From NCBI GenBank assembly GCA_965197925.1, contig CBDAOC010000017.1, positions 128,001 through 192,000 of the forward strand: 64,000 bases of DNA, read 5' to 3'. The stretch comes from Nitrososphaerales archaeon. Lineage in GTDB: Archaea > Thermoproteota > Nitrososphaeria > Nitrososphaerales > UBA213. Made by a program: the position numbers and the translations under genes. The notes beneath the pieces were generated by a model, which searched no databases, was not told where the DNA came from, and saw nothing but the letters and a program-made list of their open reading frames with translations. Shown piece by piece: positions 11,438 through 22,289 of the stretch. Position 1 is the stretch's first letter, and each line of letters opens with the position of its first letter.

Positions 11438-11995
11438 ATGTTGTTACCAAAACTTGAATCCATTAAACAATCAAGAATGAGATTAGCATTAACACAACGA
11501 AAGTTAGCGTCCCTTACAGGTATTAGTACATCAATGATCAACCAAATAGAATCGGGGAGGTGCAAACCAGGTTATGACACAGCACGCAAAATCTTTGAGG
11601 TATTAACTTCATTGGAAGAACGACCTTCATTACATGCAGGGGACATTTGTAGCAAGACCTTGATTCAAATACCAAAATCCGCGTCGTTGCATAATGCCAT
11701 AGGATTAATGCAAGATAACTCCATTAGCCAATTACCTGTTTTCGATGGTTTAAAACTCGTAGGGTTGATCAGCGAGGAGGGTCTAGTAAAGTATATGACA
11801 GAGAAGGAAAAACATGAGCTAAAGAACTTAAAGGTTGAGGATGTGATGGAACCACCTCCCCCGATAATAGATATAATAACTCCGGCAAAGGCGCTGGTTC
11901 CATTGATTCGATTTTCCAATTGTGCATTGGTAAGTGAACGTGGAAACATTTTAGGCATCATTACAGCATCTGATACATTGAAAATGGTGGAATGA
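11438..11995 (+). CDS. XRE-family HTH + CBS domain regulator
   Basis: LTQRKLASLTGISTSMINQIESG HTH followed by a CBS pair (ISQLPV, GIIT). Confidence 0.9.
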   Translation: MLLPKLESIKQSRMRLALTQRKLASLTGISTSMINQIESGRCKPGYDTARKIFEVLTSLEERPSLHAGDICSKTLIQIPKSASLHNAIGLMQDNSISQLPVFDGLKLVGLISEEGLVKYMTEKEKHELKNLKVEDVMEPPPPIIDIITPAKALVPLIRFSNCALVSERGNILGIITASDTLKMVE

Positions 11996-12760
11996 GCATT
12001 ATTTTTTATGCCAAACAATTTCACTTGGCCAGCAACATTATATATTTTAGTTACGTAGGTATTATATTCCATTCTACCATTCTCGTGTATATACCCGCAG
12101 AACTGAAATATTTGTTGCTTCATTTTTATAAACTACATTATTTGGGCAGAAACAAGACGCAAGCCTAAATCTATTTCACCCGAACAACACTGCTGTACAA
12201 TGACTCAAAAATACAAACCTTTCCTCCTTCAAGGAATAACTTGGCAAGGTCAAAAACTGCTCCTCACTCAATTCAGAGGGGGTATTAAATGCGCTAATAT
12301 TACCTCCCCATAACCAATGAAAACAAGTCATTGCTCTCATAGTTACCATGTAGGTTAGTCCGTTTCAATTCTTACAAACCAATTTCATACCATCAGGTAT
12401 CTTAAAATTCCCAAAAGTAGCTAATACCCTCACATCAAATTTTCCTATCCGCCTTGCAACATTCGATATTAAACCGTGTGCCGGTTTTATGCCACCACAA
12501 CAAAGGATTAGATCAGCGTACTTCGACATTTGTTTTATCCTCGATATCATTGATTAATCCCCATGAACATCAGAGAATAATATACCTCGTATTTATTGTT
12601 GCATAGTTAACAGGCAAAATAAGCGGCTAGATATTTAATGTTCATAAAATTCTCTAATTATATATTTTTATTTTCTGAATCCTATTAGGTATTAGTTCCC
12701 AAATAATTTTATACTTTTTAAGCAGAGGGAGGCATCACGTCTATGCAGAATAAAATAGTT

Positions 12761-13753
12761 TTACTCTCCTTTGCTCTTCTTCTGTTCTGGGTCTTCTATT
12801 CCCTTTTCTGTTATGGTAAACCGCGTGTCGCCATATGGATGGCATGGTGAATCAAGCATTATTGCAATTCTGTCATGTGATGATTTTCTAAGTAAGATCC
12901 TATATGTAGATGCGTGAGCAAGTACATTACCACCTGCGATCCTTGTAGGGTCTCCAAAGAATGTGTCTGGCTTAGTTTGCACTTGATTTGTTACAATAAT
13001 AGCACAGTTGTAAATTTCTGCGAATCTTAGTAATCTATGGATCATCGCATTTAGCCTCTGCTGCCTTTCTGCAAGAGTTCCCCTTCCAACGAATTCTGCT
13101 CTATGCAACGAGATCAAGCTATCAACAATAATCAGCCTCGAATTGTATTGTTCTATATATTTTCCCAAACCTTTTAGCACAATTTCAAGGTGGTTGCTAT
13201 TGTATATCTTGCAGACAAAGATTTTTTTGAGTAATTCAATTGGGTCCAGATCTCTGCCTTTTGCAATCTGATGGATTCTTTCGGGCCTGAAAGTGTTCTC
13301 AGTATCGATGAATATAACACTAGAATTGAATCCTCCTTGCTCCACAGGAAGCTGTGATGTTACACAAATAGTATGGCAGATCTGCGATTTACCAGAACCA
13401 AATTCTCCCGCGAATTCCGTTATCGCTTGCGTCTCGATCCCCCCTTCGAAAAGAGTATCCAAATTTTTTGAACCTGTAATACATCTTTGTAAATTCTTTC
13501 TTCTTTCCAGTAGCTGCTCCCCAGTAGTAAATTCTTTTTCAAGTAAGCCAGAATCCATTAAAGACCTTTGGGCACACATTACCAGATTTGATATAGTATC
13601 TCTACTCGTGCCAGTCTCGTCTGCTAGTTCTTGTGGAAGAGCTGCAGCTAGATCCAGAATCGTTTCAATTCCAGCCTCTCTTAGCTTTCTAGCGGTGGTT
13701 GGTCCTATTCCTGCCAGATCTTGAATTTGTTGGTCTAAAACGATATCACTCAT
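12761..13753 (-). CDS. radA: DNA repair and recombination protein RadA (possibly a second paralog)
   Basis: N-terminal HhH, Walker A GEFGSGKS, DTENTFRPER, LIIVDS, TNQV, GGNVLAH. Confidence 0.93.
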   Translation of the reverse strand: MSDIVLDQQIQDLAGIGPTTARKLREAGIETILDLAAALPQELADETGTSRDTISNLVMCAQRSLMDSGLLEKEFTTGEQLLERRKNLQRCITGSKNLDTLFEGGIETQAITEFAGEFGSGKSQICHTICVTSQLPVEQGGFNSSVIFIDTENTFRPERIHQIAKGRDLDPIELLKKIFVCKIYNSNHLEIVLKGLGKYIEQYNSRLIIVDSLISLHRAEFVGRGTLAERQQRLNAMIHRLLRFAEIYNCAIIVTNQVQTKPDTFFGDPTRIAGGNVLAHASTYRILLRKSSHDRIAIMLDSPCHPYGDTRFTITEKGIEDPEQKKSKGE

Positions 13754-13803
13754 GTTTATCTATATTGATAGATACTGGCTTGTGATATAAGCAATGATGG
13801 ACC

Positions 13804-13822
13804 CCAGGGGGAGGGAGGGGGT
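13804..13822 (+). promoter_or_regulatory. ORB-like G-string element
   Basis: CCAGGGGGAGGGAGGGGGT directly after the cdc6-wHTH pair; inverted partner at 15367-15385. Confidence 0.45.
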
Positions 13823-13824
13823 AA

Positions 13825-14118
13825 CTAGATGTAACCGATCTCCGTGAAAAACTGCATCAGTCTTGAGACGGTGTCGTTTTTCTCGTTTATTTTATAGGTT
13901 TTGTTTGCAGATTCATATTCTACTACCCATCCGATACTGATCAATTTACTAAGATTATCCTTGATGTCCTTCCTCTTTAAACCTGTGTCCTTTTCAATAC
14001 CGTATATTGTATGAAACTTTGTCTTTTCCTTTGCTAGAAACCTTAGAATTTTTATTCTTCCTATTGTGCCCAGACCTAATTCGATCTGTTTAGGGCTTTC
14101 TTCTCTCTCCCAAACCAT
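13825..14118 (-). CDS. Small winged-helix protein overlapping the cdc6 3' end
   Basis: ArsR-like wHTH pattern (RIKILRFL...TIYGIEKDTGL...LSKLISIGWV...YKIN). Confidence 0.7.
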   Translation of the reverse strand: MVWEREESPKQIELGLGTIGRIKILRFLAKEKTKFHTIYGIEKDTGLKRKDIKDNLSKLISIGWVVEYESANKTYKINEKNDTVSRLMQFFTEIGYI

Positions 14119-15283
14119 TAGAAACCCTCTTAATTAAAGCATCAACGAATCCTCCAAGATCTTCAACTGCAGCTCCACTAATTCCGATCTCTCTAAGGGA
14201 ATGTATTTCTATTATTCCTCTATCACACAAATCCTGAAGGTAATCTTCAAAATTATTAAACTGTTTCAAGCCCAATTGCTCACAGATCATCCCACAATAA
14301 TTCCTTAGCTCCTTCAAATCAACATATGTTCTGTTCCTAGTTTTCAATGCTTTCGCAACTGCCAGAAGAGTAATCAGATGCTCTCTTTTAGTAAGGTTCA
14401 TTATATCCTCACTTGTAATCGATGGATGCATCTCTGAATAGATCTTCCTAACGTGTTCAGGTAGTACTTTATTATTCGATTGATTTTCAGCAAGATTTCC
14501 CGCAAAAAAGAGAAGATCTAATGCGTATCTAATGTCACTGTTTACTGGATGAGGATAAGTGACATCTGCTACATAATCAATCACTTCTTCGTCAACAACT
14601 CCCAGATTAAATGCTTCATCGGACCGCCTATTCAATATATCACTAATCTGTTCGACATTATACTGATGAAATATTATCGGAAACCTACCAAGGGAGCTCA
14701 ACTCCCCGGCGTCAAGCTTCTTGTGAAAATTCTTGCTTCTTGCAATGAAAATGACGCCGAGTATATTGCAACTTTTACCTGGTTCTATCTCGTTAAGTCT
14801 GGTTAAATCGTATATGATACTTGTATCGTCGGTTCTACCCACAAGATAATCAATTTCATCCATAATAACTATTGAATACTTTTTTTGCTCACGTAGATAT
14901 CGCATAAGAGCCTTTAGCATTTCCTCAGCGCTCAGACCTTGGGAAGGTATCTCGGGAGCTAGCAAATCAAGCAAATGCTTGAAGATTATATGTTTTTTAC
15001 CTCCTTGCAACTTCAGATTGACATAAGAAGGTAAGAGTTCGCACTTGAATTTCTTCGCTTCTTTTTGCAGAAATTCAGCGAATCTTAACACGGTAGATGT
15101 CTTGCCTATGCCTGCATTTCCTATAATCTGAATAACCTGTTGAGGAAAATTCTCGGGATCATCCATAGCAGAATTAAAGATTTGAAGGAGTTCTTTTTTT
15201 TCCTTTTCTCTATGTAGAAGAATGTCTGGAATATACCGGGGGGACAGTTTGTTTATGTCTTTGAAGATTCTGGTTTGTTCCAA
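14090..15283 (-). CDS. cdc6: Orc1/Cdc6 family replication initiator
   Basis: LSPRYIP..LLHRE N-terminus, Walker A GNAGIGKT, Walker B DEID, DIRYALDLL sensor-2 region, C-terminal wHTH. Confidence 0.92.
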   Translation of the reverse strand: MEQTRIFKDINKLSPRYIPDILLHREKEKKELLQIFNSAMDDPENFPQQVIQIIGNAGIGKTSTVLRFAEFLQKEAKKFKCELLPSYVNLKLQGGKKHIIFKHLLDLLAPEIPSQGLSAEEMLKALMRYLREQKKYSIVIMDEIDYLVGRTDDTSIIYDLTRLNEIEPGKSCNILGVIFIARSKNFHKKLDAGELSSLGRFPIIFHQYNVEQISDILNRRSDEAFNLGVVDEEVIDYVADVTYPHPVNSDIRYALDLLFFAGNLAENQSNNKVLPEHVRKIYSEMHPSITSEDIMNLTKREHLITLLAVAKALKTRNRTYVDLKELRNYCGMICEQLGLKQFNNFEDYLQDLCDRGIIEIHSLREIGISGAAVEDLGGFVDALIKRVSNGLGERRKP

Positions 15284-15366
15284 TACATGGTTGATTGTGC
15301 ACTTGCTACTTTAATGCTATCCTCACAACAAATTAATTATTTCTAGATACAAATGCTTAAAAAAGG

Positions 15367-15385
15367 ACCCCCCCTCTCCCAAAGG
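15367..15385 (-). promoter_or_regulatory. ORB-like G-string element upstream of cdc6
   Basis: Reads CCTTTGGGAGAGGGGGGGT on the minus strand; AT-rich flanks on both sides. Confidence 0.5.
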
Positions 15386-15650
15386 TGCTACATTTCTTAA
15401 ATAAATAATAGTAATAGAACCTATATGAGTCCTTACTTGAATTGGGTTTGGGATGGCGGGGATTTCAGATATCATGAATTTGTTTGCCAATCATATACTC
15501 TTTGTTCCACCTATTGGGAGTATGAGGATAGACATCCTTTACAAATCAAAAATCAATCCGGAGGAATTTTCCCTATTTTACAGATGCAATAAAAGAGGGC
15601 TTGTCCTTCTATAGCATTGATAATGAAAAAGGTAGATTAGGTGAATAGAG

Positions 15651-15869
15651 ATGTTCTGTTATTCTTTAACTGATAAGAAAATTTTCACCAATTTACTTGG
15701 AAGGATTTCAGACCACTGCTAATCAAGGAGTCATGAAGAATGTAAGGAATCTAATTGTATATGCCACTGCCATAATTTATTCTGTGTAAAGTGTGGAAGA
15801 AGGATGATTTACTGCAATAATGTCATAGAATGTGTGAAGTGTGGGTTCATAATTCTATCGGAATTCTAA
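15651..15869 (+). pseudogene. Small Cys/His-rich metal-binding protein with one internal stop
   Basis: AGGTGA SD-like motif before ATG 15651; reads ...ISDHC*SRSHEECKESNCICHCHNLFCVKCGRRMIYCNNVIECVKCGF; TAA at 15720-15722. Confidence 0.55.
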
Positions 15870-15889
15870 TTCTATCAAGTCGTTGTATT

Positions 15890-16195
15890 TCAAGAGCCTT
15901 TTTTCATTTTGATAATATATTGATTTACTGCCTTTACATGCCTACAATCCTTGTCAAAGTTTTCACTTGATATACATTGGACCCCCCATCCACAAGTGCA
16001 CGTAAGATGCTGCACTTTGTCATTATACCTTACGATATACGTTATATCCTCCTTATTTATGACGTCAAAATCCTTTTTACCTACTCGTTTAACCTTCAGC
16101 ATATCGTAGCGGCAATGAGGATGTTTTATTTTCCAGGAGCGCCTAAATACCCTTTTTCTGTCGAACACTGTGAACTCGCTAGACACTTGAACCAT
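15890..16195 (-). CDS. Small SWIM zinc-finger protein
   Basis: LTCTCG...DKDCRHVKAV fits the CxC-xn-CxH SWIM pattern. Confidence 0.65.
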   Translation of the reverse strand: MVQVSSEFTVFDRKRVFRRSWKIKHPHCRYDMLKVKRVGKKDFDVINKEDITYIVRYNDKVQHLTCTCGWGVQCISSENFDKDCRHVKAVNQYIIKMKKGS

Positions 16196-16473
16196 GATCT
16201 TATGTTGGTCTTATTATTTTAAGCAATTGGATCTCTCTACTATGCTAGAGGTTCAAGCCATGAAGGTACATATATGGAATATAAAAAAAGGATTATTCGT
16301 ATATTGCCTTACCTAGAAAACTCTTTAAGAAGAGAATAAAATATTCTTGATACAGGAATATCAGATCAATATTTTTGCCAGATTTCGCAAGTGAAAAATA
16401 TGAATTAAGAAGGCAAAGAAAAATGAATATTATTCAGTGGCTTCAATAAAAAGAGGCTAAACCCTAAGTAGCT

Positions 16474-17567
16474 GAGGCATGGGCATTATTCCATATAACA
16501 AAAATAACTTGATGCATCTGATTGATTAACTTCCCAACATGTGCTTCAATGCCCTTAATGGTCTTCCTGTCAAGTAGTTGTAGTATACCATCAGCTGGTA
16601 TAGCAATATAGAAATCAGAACGATGCTCCTAGCTTTATCGAACCCTCTAACAGGTAGTGGGTCTATATCAAATACATCCTTTATCTGCTCTATCAATGGT
16701 TCAACGCTTATGCTCCTCCGAGAATATACATGCTGCCCAAATTCCGATTGATAGAACTGCAGCAATGCCAGTCTATTATTATCTGTAGTATGCTTGTACC
16801 TTTCCAATGGGAATACTGGATGCTCTCTATACCTGCTGAAATCACATAACTTGTGATCATCATATCCTTCATCTCCTACAACATACCTTACCATTCCTGT
16901 AGGCAATGAAGATGTTATGCTTTCATACATCTTGTTATCAGTAATGTTAGCTGTTGTGAAATCAGCTGATAATGGAACTATCAACGAATCTGTGCTACAC
17001 GCTAGATGCAGTTTGTATCCTAATATCCATCCCTTGGTTCTGCTGTAGCCCCATCGAGCATCTGTATCTATACCGGAGCGTGGCACTTCATTCTTCTTCA
17101 TGCTAGATTTGTGCCATACATGTCCCTTTGCTTTCAACAATGAACTGTCAACGGATATTATGGCTGGGTCTACCAACCCATCTTTTATGAAGAGCATACC
17201 CATAGCATCCATCCTTGATCTTATGTCAATTGATATGGCCTTGACCTTTCTGTCGAATGTTCTTCTGTCTGGCAACCTATCAAGACCACATGCCTTCATT
17301 ACCTTCCTGTTGTATGGCATGTCTATCAAAAAGTTTCATACAAAGCATTGTTGCCTGGTATTCTTATCCATACTCTAACGATGAAGCATCTCACCATTAC
17401 TGTAGGAGAATAGTAGAATGGTCTACCCCTTTTCCTAAGAGAGGTTTTGGCCGAATCACGTCAATCAAAAATAATATACGAAGAAGTATGGAGTCTGAGC
17501 TAAACATATTACCAATGAAAATTGGAACCTGATCTTATCGTTTCGAACTAAATTACGCCCAAGCCTC
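16474..17567 (-). mobile_element. DDE IS element family B (1094 bp, 8-bp TSD), copy 1
   Basis: Imperfect TIRs GAGGCATGGGCATTATT / AATTACGCCCAAGCCTC; perfect TSD AAGTAGCT (16466-16473, 17568-17575); DDE transposase (VDSS, GYKLH, GDEGYD, RRSISVE) with frameshifted N-terminus. Confidence 0.93.
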
Positions 17568-17768
17568 AAGTAGCTTATAAAGATAAATTGGGGGTTACTA
17601 TTACTACACATTTACAATATCATCCATGATGGAGCCTTGGAACAAATGAGGATGGAATACCTGGTTGTTTGAGAATTGATAGCAAATTATCTTACTTACT
17701 GTATAAGCTGTCTAGGGAGAAAGATTGTAACTTCCACCAAGTATATCATACTTCTGATACTCTCATCT

Positions 17769-18167
17769 TCATTCTTCATGAGGTTCGCAAAGTTCTAAAA
17801 GAACTCCGTGGAGAGATTTTGGGTGGATGAAAGTTATCTTTCTACCATAACTGCCCTGGCGTATTCCTCCCAATATCTTTATACCATTATTTGTAGCAAT
17901 CTCTACGTCTTTTTCTAGATCGTTGGAACTTATGGATATATGATGAATTCCTTCCCCCTTTTCAGTAAGAAACTTCTTGATAGGGCTGTTGTCGTTCATT
18001 GGTTCAATAATTTCTATGGTAGAGTCCTGTAGTTTCAACATCGCAATCTTCACCCCTTCTTGCTCAACTGTCATTAGCTTTTTTTCATCGATCTTCAAAA
18101 CTTTTTCAAATCGTTCAACAGCTTTTTCCAGATTATTAACTACAATTGCCACATGATCTATTCGCAT
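17769..18167 (-). CDS. mce: Methylmalonyl-CoA epimerase
   Basis: VOC fold IDHVAI...GEGIHH...FIHPK..HGVLLELCE; adjacent to the mutase. Confidence 0.93.
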   Translation of the reverse strand: MRIDHVAIVVNNLEKAVERFEKVLKIDEKKLMTVEQEGVKIAMLKLQDSTIEIIEPMNDNSPIKKFLTEKGEGIHHISISSNDLEKDVEIATNNGIKILGGIRQGSYGRKITFIHPKSLHGVLLELCEPHEE

Positions 18168-18178
18168 TGTTTTTCCAC

Positions 18179-19777
18179 CTAGAAACTAATCTTCGGCTGG
18201 TATATACCAAAAACTTTCCTAAATGTGTTGCTTATTTCACCCAATGTAGCATATCCCCTTACTGCATCTATTATGAGAGGCATAAGATTATTGTTGTTAT
18301 CATATTCACCATCGTTTGAAGCTGCTTCCTCAAGTCTGGATAAAACCTGTTCCACCTTTCCGTTGTTCCTAGTCTCTTTTAATTGCTTCAATCTTTTCAC
18401 CTGCCTTCTTTCAATTTCAGGATCCAGCACATGAATCTTGGGCTCATTAGTGTCCTCCTCTATGAACCTGTTGACACCTACAATAATCCTCTTGCCTTCG
18501 TCAACTTCTTTCTTTATCGTATACGCATTATTCCTTATCTCGTCCTGAAAGAATCCCTTCTCGATAGCAACTAGGGAACCGCCCATTCGTTCTATGCGCT
18601 TCAAATACTTATAGACCCCCTCTTCTATTTTTCCCGTTAAAGATTCAACATAATAAGAACCACCAAGAGGATCCACTGTCTTGGTTGCACCACTTTCATG
18701 CGCAAGAATCTGTTGAGTTCTCAGAGCTATCTTTACAGCTTCCTCGGTAGGCAGTGCAAGTGCCTCATCCTTGGAATTGGTATGTAAAGATTGACACCCG
18801 CCGAGTACACCAGCAAGAGCCTGTATTGAAACTCTAATTATATTATTATCTGGTTGTTGTGCAGTAAGAGATTCGCCACTCGTTTGAACATGAAAACGGA
18901 GATGGGCCGACTTATTATTTTTGAAATGGTATTTTTCCTTCATGATTTTAGCCCAGATCATCCTTGCAGCTCTAAACTTAGCAATCTCTTCAAGAAATTC
19001 TATAGTACAGCAGAAAAAGAATGACAATCGTGGTGCAAAATCGTCTACTTTCAAGCCCCTCTCTATACAAGCATCAACATAAGCAATGGCATTTGAAAAT
19101 GTGAAGGCTAATTCTTGAATGGCATTACATCCAGCTTCTCTCATGTGATAGCCTGAAATACTAATAGGATACCACTGGGATACGTTTTTTGAACAATATT
19201 CAACAGAATCAACGAACAGTCTCATTGATGACCGGGGTGGATAGATGTAAGTGTTCCTAGCTATGTACTCCTTCAGTATATCATTTTGCAGTGTTCCACG
19301 TAAAACTCCAGATGAAACACCTTGTGATTCTGCAACCGCTATATAAAAAGACAATAATGTGGTAGCTGTAGAGTTTATTGTCATTGATGTGCTAACCTTA
19401 TCCATTGGAATACCATCAAAGCAAGTCATCATATCCTTAAGCGAACTTATTGCAACACCGGTTCTTCCAACCTCTCCTTCGGCGTGGGGATCATCTGAAT
19501 CATAACCTATCTGTGTTGGAAGATCGAATGCTAAACTCAATCCGGTCTGTCCGTTTTCAAGTAAAAACTTGAATCTATTGTTGGTCTCCTCTGCACTTCC
19601 AAAACCAGTATACTGACGCATCGTCCATAACCTCTCTCTATACATATTTGGATACAGTCCCCTTTTGTATGGATTCTTTCCCGGTTCCGCATTCTTGCTG
19701 TCATACTTTCTAGAATCCTTACCCTTGTAGACTCGTTTTACAGGTATGTTGGAATCAGTTTTGTAGAGCTTTTCCAT
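18179..19777 (-). CDS. Methylmalonyl-CoA mutase, large (substrate-binding) subunit
   Basis: WTMRQY, AFDLPTQ, QNDILKE, SGYHMREAG, QSLHTN..DEA. Confidence 0.95.
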   Translation of the reverse strand: MEKLYKTDSNIPVKRVYKGKDSRKYDSKNAEPGKNPYKRGLYPNMYRERLWTMRQYTGFGSAEETNNRFKFLLENGQTGLSLAFDLPTQIGYDSDDPHAEGEVGRTGVAISSLKDMMTCFDGIPMDKVSTSMTINSTATTLLSFYIAVAESQGVSSGVLRGTLQNDILKEYIARNTYIYPPRSSMRLFVDSVEYCSKNVSQWYPISISGYHMREAGCNAIQELAFTFSNAIAYVDACIERGLKVDDFAPRLSFFFCCTIEFLEEIAKFRAARMIWAKIMKEKYHFKNNKSAHLRFHVQTSGESLTAQQPDNNIIRVSIQALAGVLGGCQSLHTNSKDEALALPTEEAVKIALRTQQILAHESGATKTVDPLGGSYYVESLTGKIEEGVYKYLKRIERMGGSLVAIEKGFFQDEIRNNAYTIKKEVDEGKRIIVGVNRFIEEDTNEPKIHVLDPEIERRQVKRLKQLKETRNNGKVEQVLSRLEEAASNDGEYDNNNNLMPLIIDAVRGYATLGEISNTFRKVFGIYQPKISF

Positions 19778-19781
19778 ACAA

Positions 19782-20708
19782 TCATCTCAGAATATCATTG
19801 GTAAGTTCCTCCGCTGCTTCATAGGGATCAATCCTTTTCTTCAACAACTTCTCAACATATTCCTTGTACCTATTACTCTTGCTCAATTTTTCAAAAACCT
19901 TTTGTGCCATCAACCTTAAAACCATATCCGCCAATTCAGTCTCAGCCCTTTTACGATTCAATTGCTTATAACTACTATTTCTATCAATAATTAATTTCTC
20001 CATTGCCACTACCAATTCCTTCACACCTTTGCCGGTATGGGCAACGGTTTTGAATACCTTAGGATCTCGCGAAGTGCTTCCAATCAAATCACGTACATCA
20101 TTGAACAATTTATTTGCCCCTGTCAAATCACCCTTGTTTATAACATACACATCACCAACCTCCGTCAACCCTGCCTTTATGGCCTGAATGCTGTCACCTG
20201 TTTGTGGATTGAATATTACTACCGTGATTTCAACAATTTTAGAAATTTCAATATCCAACTGACCTGCACCTACACTCTCTACTATAATAATGTCAAATCC
20301 TGCAGCGTCCAAAACTCGAATACCATTTCTCACCGCATTGGACATCCCTCCCATTGCCCCACGTGAACCCATGCTCCGTATGAAGGTGCCTTTATCGAGG
20401 ACATGTTTCTGCATTCTTACTCTATCACCAAGTATTGCACCTCCAGAGATGGAGCTGGTAGGGTCAATAGCAAGGACAGCGACCTTATATCCATGAGATC
20501 TATATACTGGAATTAGCTTATCAATTAAGGTACTTTTACCTGCCCCAGTTGGTCCAGTAATCCCTATAGTATGAGCATTACCGGTTTTTTGGAAGATTTT
20601 CTTCACCAAAACCCTCGCACCTACGTGATCGTCCTCTATCATTGAAATTGCCTTTGCAACTGCAGATCTCTCGCCTTTGAATAATTGTTCTGCTAACTCT
20701 TTATCCAC
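19782..20708 (-). CDS. meaB: Methylmalonyl-CoA mutase-associated GTPase
   Basis: GPTGAGKST, DPTS...GGAILGDRVRM, ESVGAGQ, NKGD. Confidence 0.95.
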   Translation of the reverse strand: MDKELAEQLFKGERSAVAKAISMIEDDHVGARVLVKKIFQKTGNAHTIGITGPTGAGKSTLIDKLIPVYRSHGYKVAVLAIDPTSSISGGAILGDRVRMQKHVLDKGTFIRSMGSRGAMGGMSNAVRNGIRVLDAAGFDIIIVESVGAGQLDIEISKIVEITVVIFNPQTGDSIQAIKAGLTEVGDVYVINKGDLTGANKLFNDVRDLIGSTSRDPKVFKTVAHTGKGVKELVVAMEKLIIDRNSSYKQLNRKRAETELADMVLRLMAQKVFEKLSKSNRYKEYVEKLLKKRIDPYEAAEELTNDILR

Positions 20709-20752
20709 ATTCTTGCATTAGGCTTTCCCATTAAAAAGATAATTGTTCTCTA

Positions 20753-20782
20753 AGCTTGAAATAGCTTGAAATAGCTTGAAAT
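20753..20782. repeat. Tandem repeat (AGCTTGAAAT)x3
   Basis: Three perfect 10-mers in the divergent meaB / mutase small-subunit intergenic region. Confidence 0.9.
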
Positions 20783-20871
20783 CAAACTCCTGATTGAATG
20801 AACAAACAATTGATAAATAAGGATGAACAAATGCTTAAAGATTTTAAAGCCTTTTCCTATCTAAGAAATCA

Positions 20872-21279
20872 ATGCAACAGCAAAAACCTCTTCGTATATT
20901 AGTAGCAAAACTAGGTCTGGATGGTCATGACCGTGGTGCTCTAGTGTTGTGCAGGGCATTTAGGGATGCTGGGATGGAAGTCATTTATTCTGGATTGTTC
21001 TGTACACCTGAAGAGGTTGCAAATATGGCAATTGATGAAGATGTGAATGCTGTTGCAATGAGCCTGTTGAATGGTGCCCATACGACTATTTTTCCCAAAG
21101 TTGCAAAAATCTTAAGGGAGAAAGGTGTTAGAGGTTTATTATTGGTTGGTGGGGGAATTATTCCTCAGAAGGATAAGGAGATACTCGAAAATGAGGGCAT
21201 AACTGGGAACTTTGGTCCTGGAACTCCTCTACAAGAAATAATAGATCATATAGTAAAGAACACCGAAAAGAAAAAATGA
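20872..21279 (+). CDS. Methylmalonyl-CoA mutase cobalamin-binding small subunit
   Basis: GLDGHDRG B12-binding motif, SLLNGAH, VGGGIIP. Confidence 0.95.
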   Translation: MQQQKPLRILVAKLGLDGHDRGALVLCRAFRDAGMEVIYSGLFCTPEEVANMAIDEDVNAVAMSLLNGAHTTIFPKVAKILREKGVRGLLLVGGGIIPQKDKEILENEGITGNFGPGTPLQEIIDHIVKNTEKKK

Positions 21280-21287
21280 TTTTATTC

Positions 21288-22289
21288 TTAAACTTCTGAC
21301 TCTTTGGGCCACATCATCTTTCTTAACTTCTTCCCTACCAGTTCTACTTGGTGTCCCTCTAATTCCTTCATATAACGTTCGAATGCAATTTTGCCCTCTT
21401 TTTCATATGTGCTTACCCATTCTTCTGCAAACTTCCCAGACTGTATTTCTGATAATACAAGTTTCATACGCTTCTTTACATCACTATCAATTACCGAAGG
21501 ACCTCTAGTCAAACCTCCATACCTTGCTGTTTCACTTACCCTATTATACATGCCTGTTATTCCATATCTCTGTATTAAATCTACAATAAGCTTTAATTCA
21601 TGGAGACACTCAAAATATGCAATTTCTGGCTGATATCCGCTCTCAACCAATGTTTCGAAAGCATTCAATATCAACGCATAGGTGCCTCCACATAAATCAA
21701 CCTGCTCACCAAACCAGTCTGTCTCAACCTCTTCCTTGAAACTTGTCTCAAGAACACCGGCCCTAGTGCATCCATTGCCCTTTGCCATTGCCAAAACCCT
21801 ATCCCATGCCCTTTTAGTAGAATCCTGATTCACTGCTACCAGAGCGGGTGTACCAAAATTTTCTAGATATAACTCCCTCACTCGCTGTCCTGGAGCCTTT
21901 GGCGCCACCATTATAACATCAACATCTTCTGGTGGGTCTATCCATTTCCAGTGTATTGAAGCACCATGAGAAAAGCCAATCGCCTTTCCGCTCTTGAGAT
22001 ACGGTGCAATCTCATGTTTGTAAACTTTTGCTTGCTCCATATCAGGAACCAAAATTTGTATTATATCACCAATCTTTGCTGCTTCAGCAACTTCTCGAAC
22101 ATCATGACCATCTTTCTTGGCGTGTTCCCAGCTTTTACCTGTTTTGCGTAGACCAACCACGACCTTTAAACCTGAATCCTTTAGATTGTTTGCTTGCGCA
22201 TTTCCCTGAATTCCGTAACCAATAACAGCCACAGTTTCGTTCTTTATGGAATCAAGTTTAACCTGATCATCCATCCATTGCTTTGCCAC
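21288..22289 (-). CDS. ilvC: Ketol-acid reductoisomerase
   Basis: GYGIQG, MVAPKAPG, ETDWFGEQ, AYFECLHE, SETARYG. Confidence 0.97.
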   Translation of the reverse strand: MAKQWMDDQVKLDSIKNETVAVIGYGIQGNAQANNLKDSGLKVVVGLRKTGKSWEHAKKDGHDVREVAEAAKIGDIIQILVPDMEQAKVYKHEIAPYLKSGKAIGFSHGASIHWKWIDPPEDVDVIMVAPKAPGQRVRELYLENFGTPALVAVNQDSTKRAWDRVLAMAKGNGCTRAGVLETSFKEEVETDWFGEQVDLCGGTYALILNAFETLVESGYQPEIAYFECLHELKLIVDLIQRYGITGMYNRVSETARYGGLTRGPSVIDSDVKKRMKLVLSEIQSGKFAEEWVSTYEKEGKIAFERYMKELEGHQVELVGKKLRKMMWPKESEV

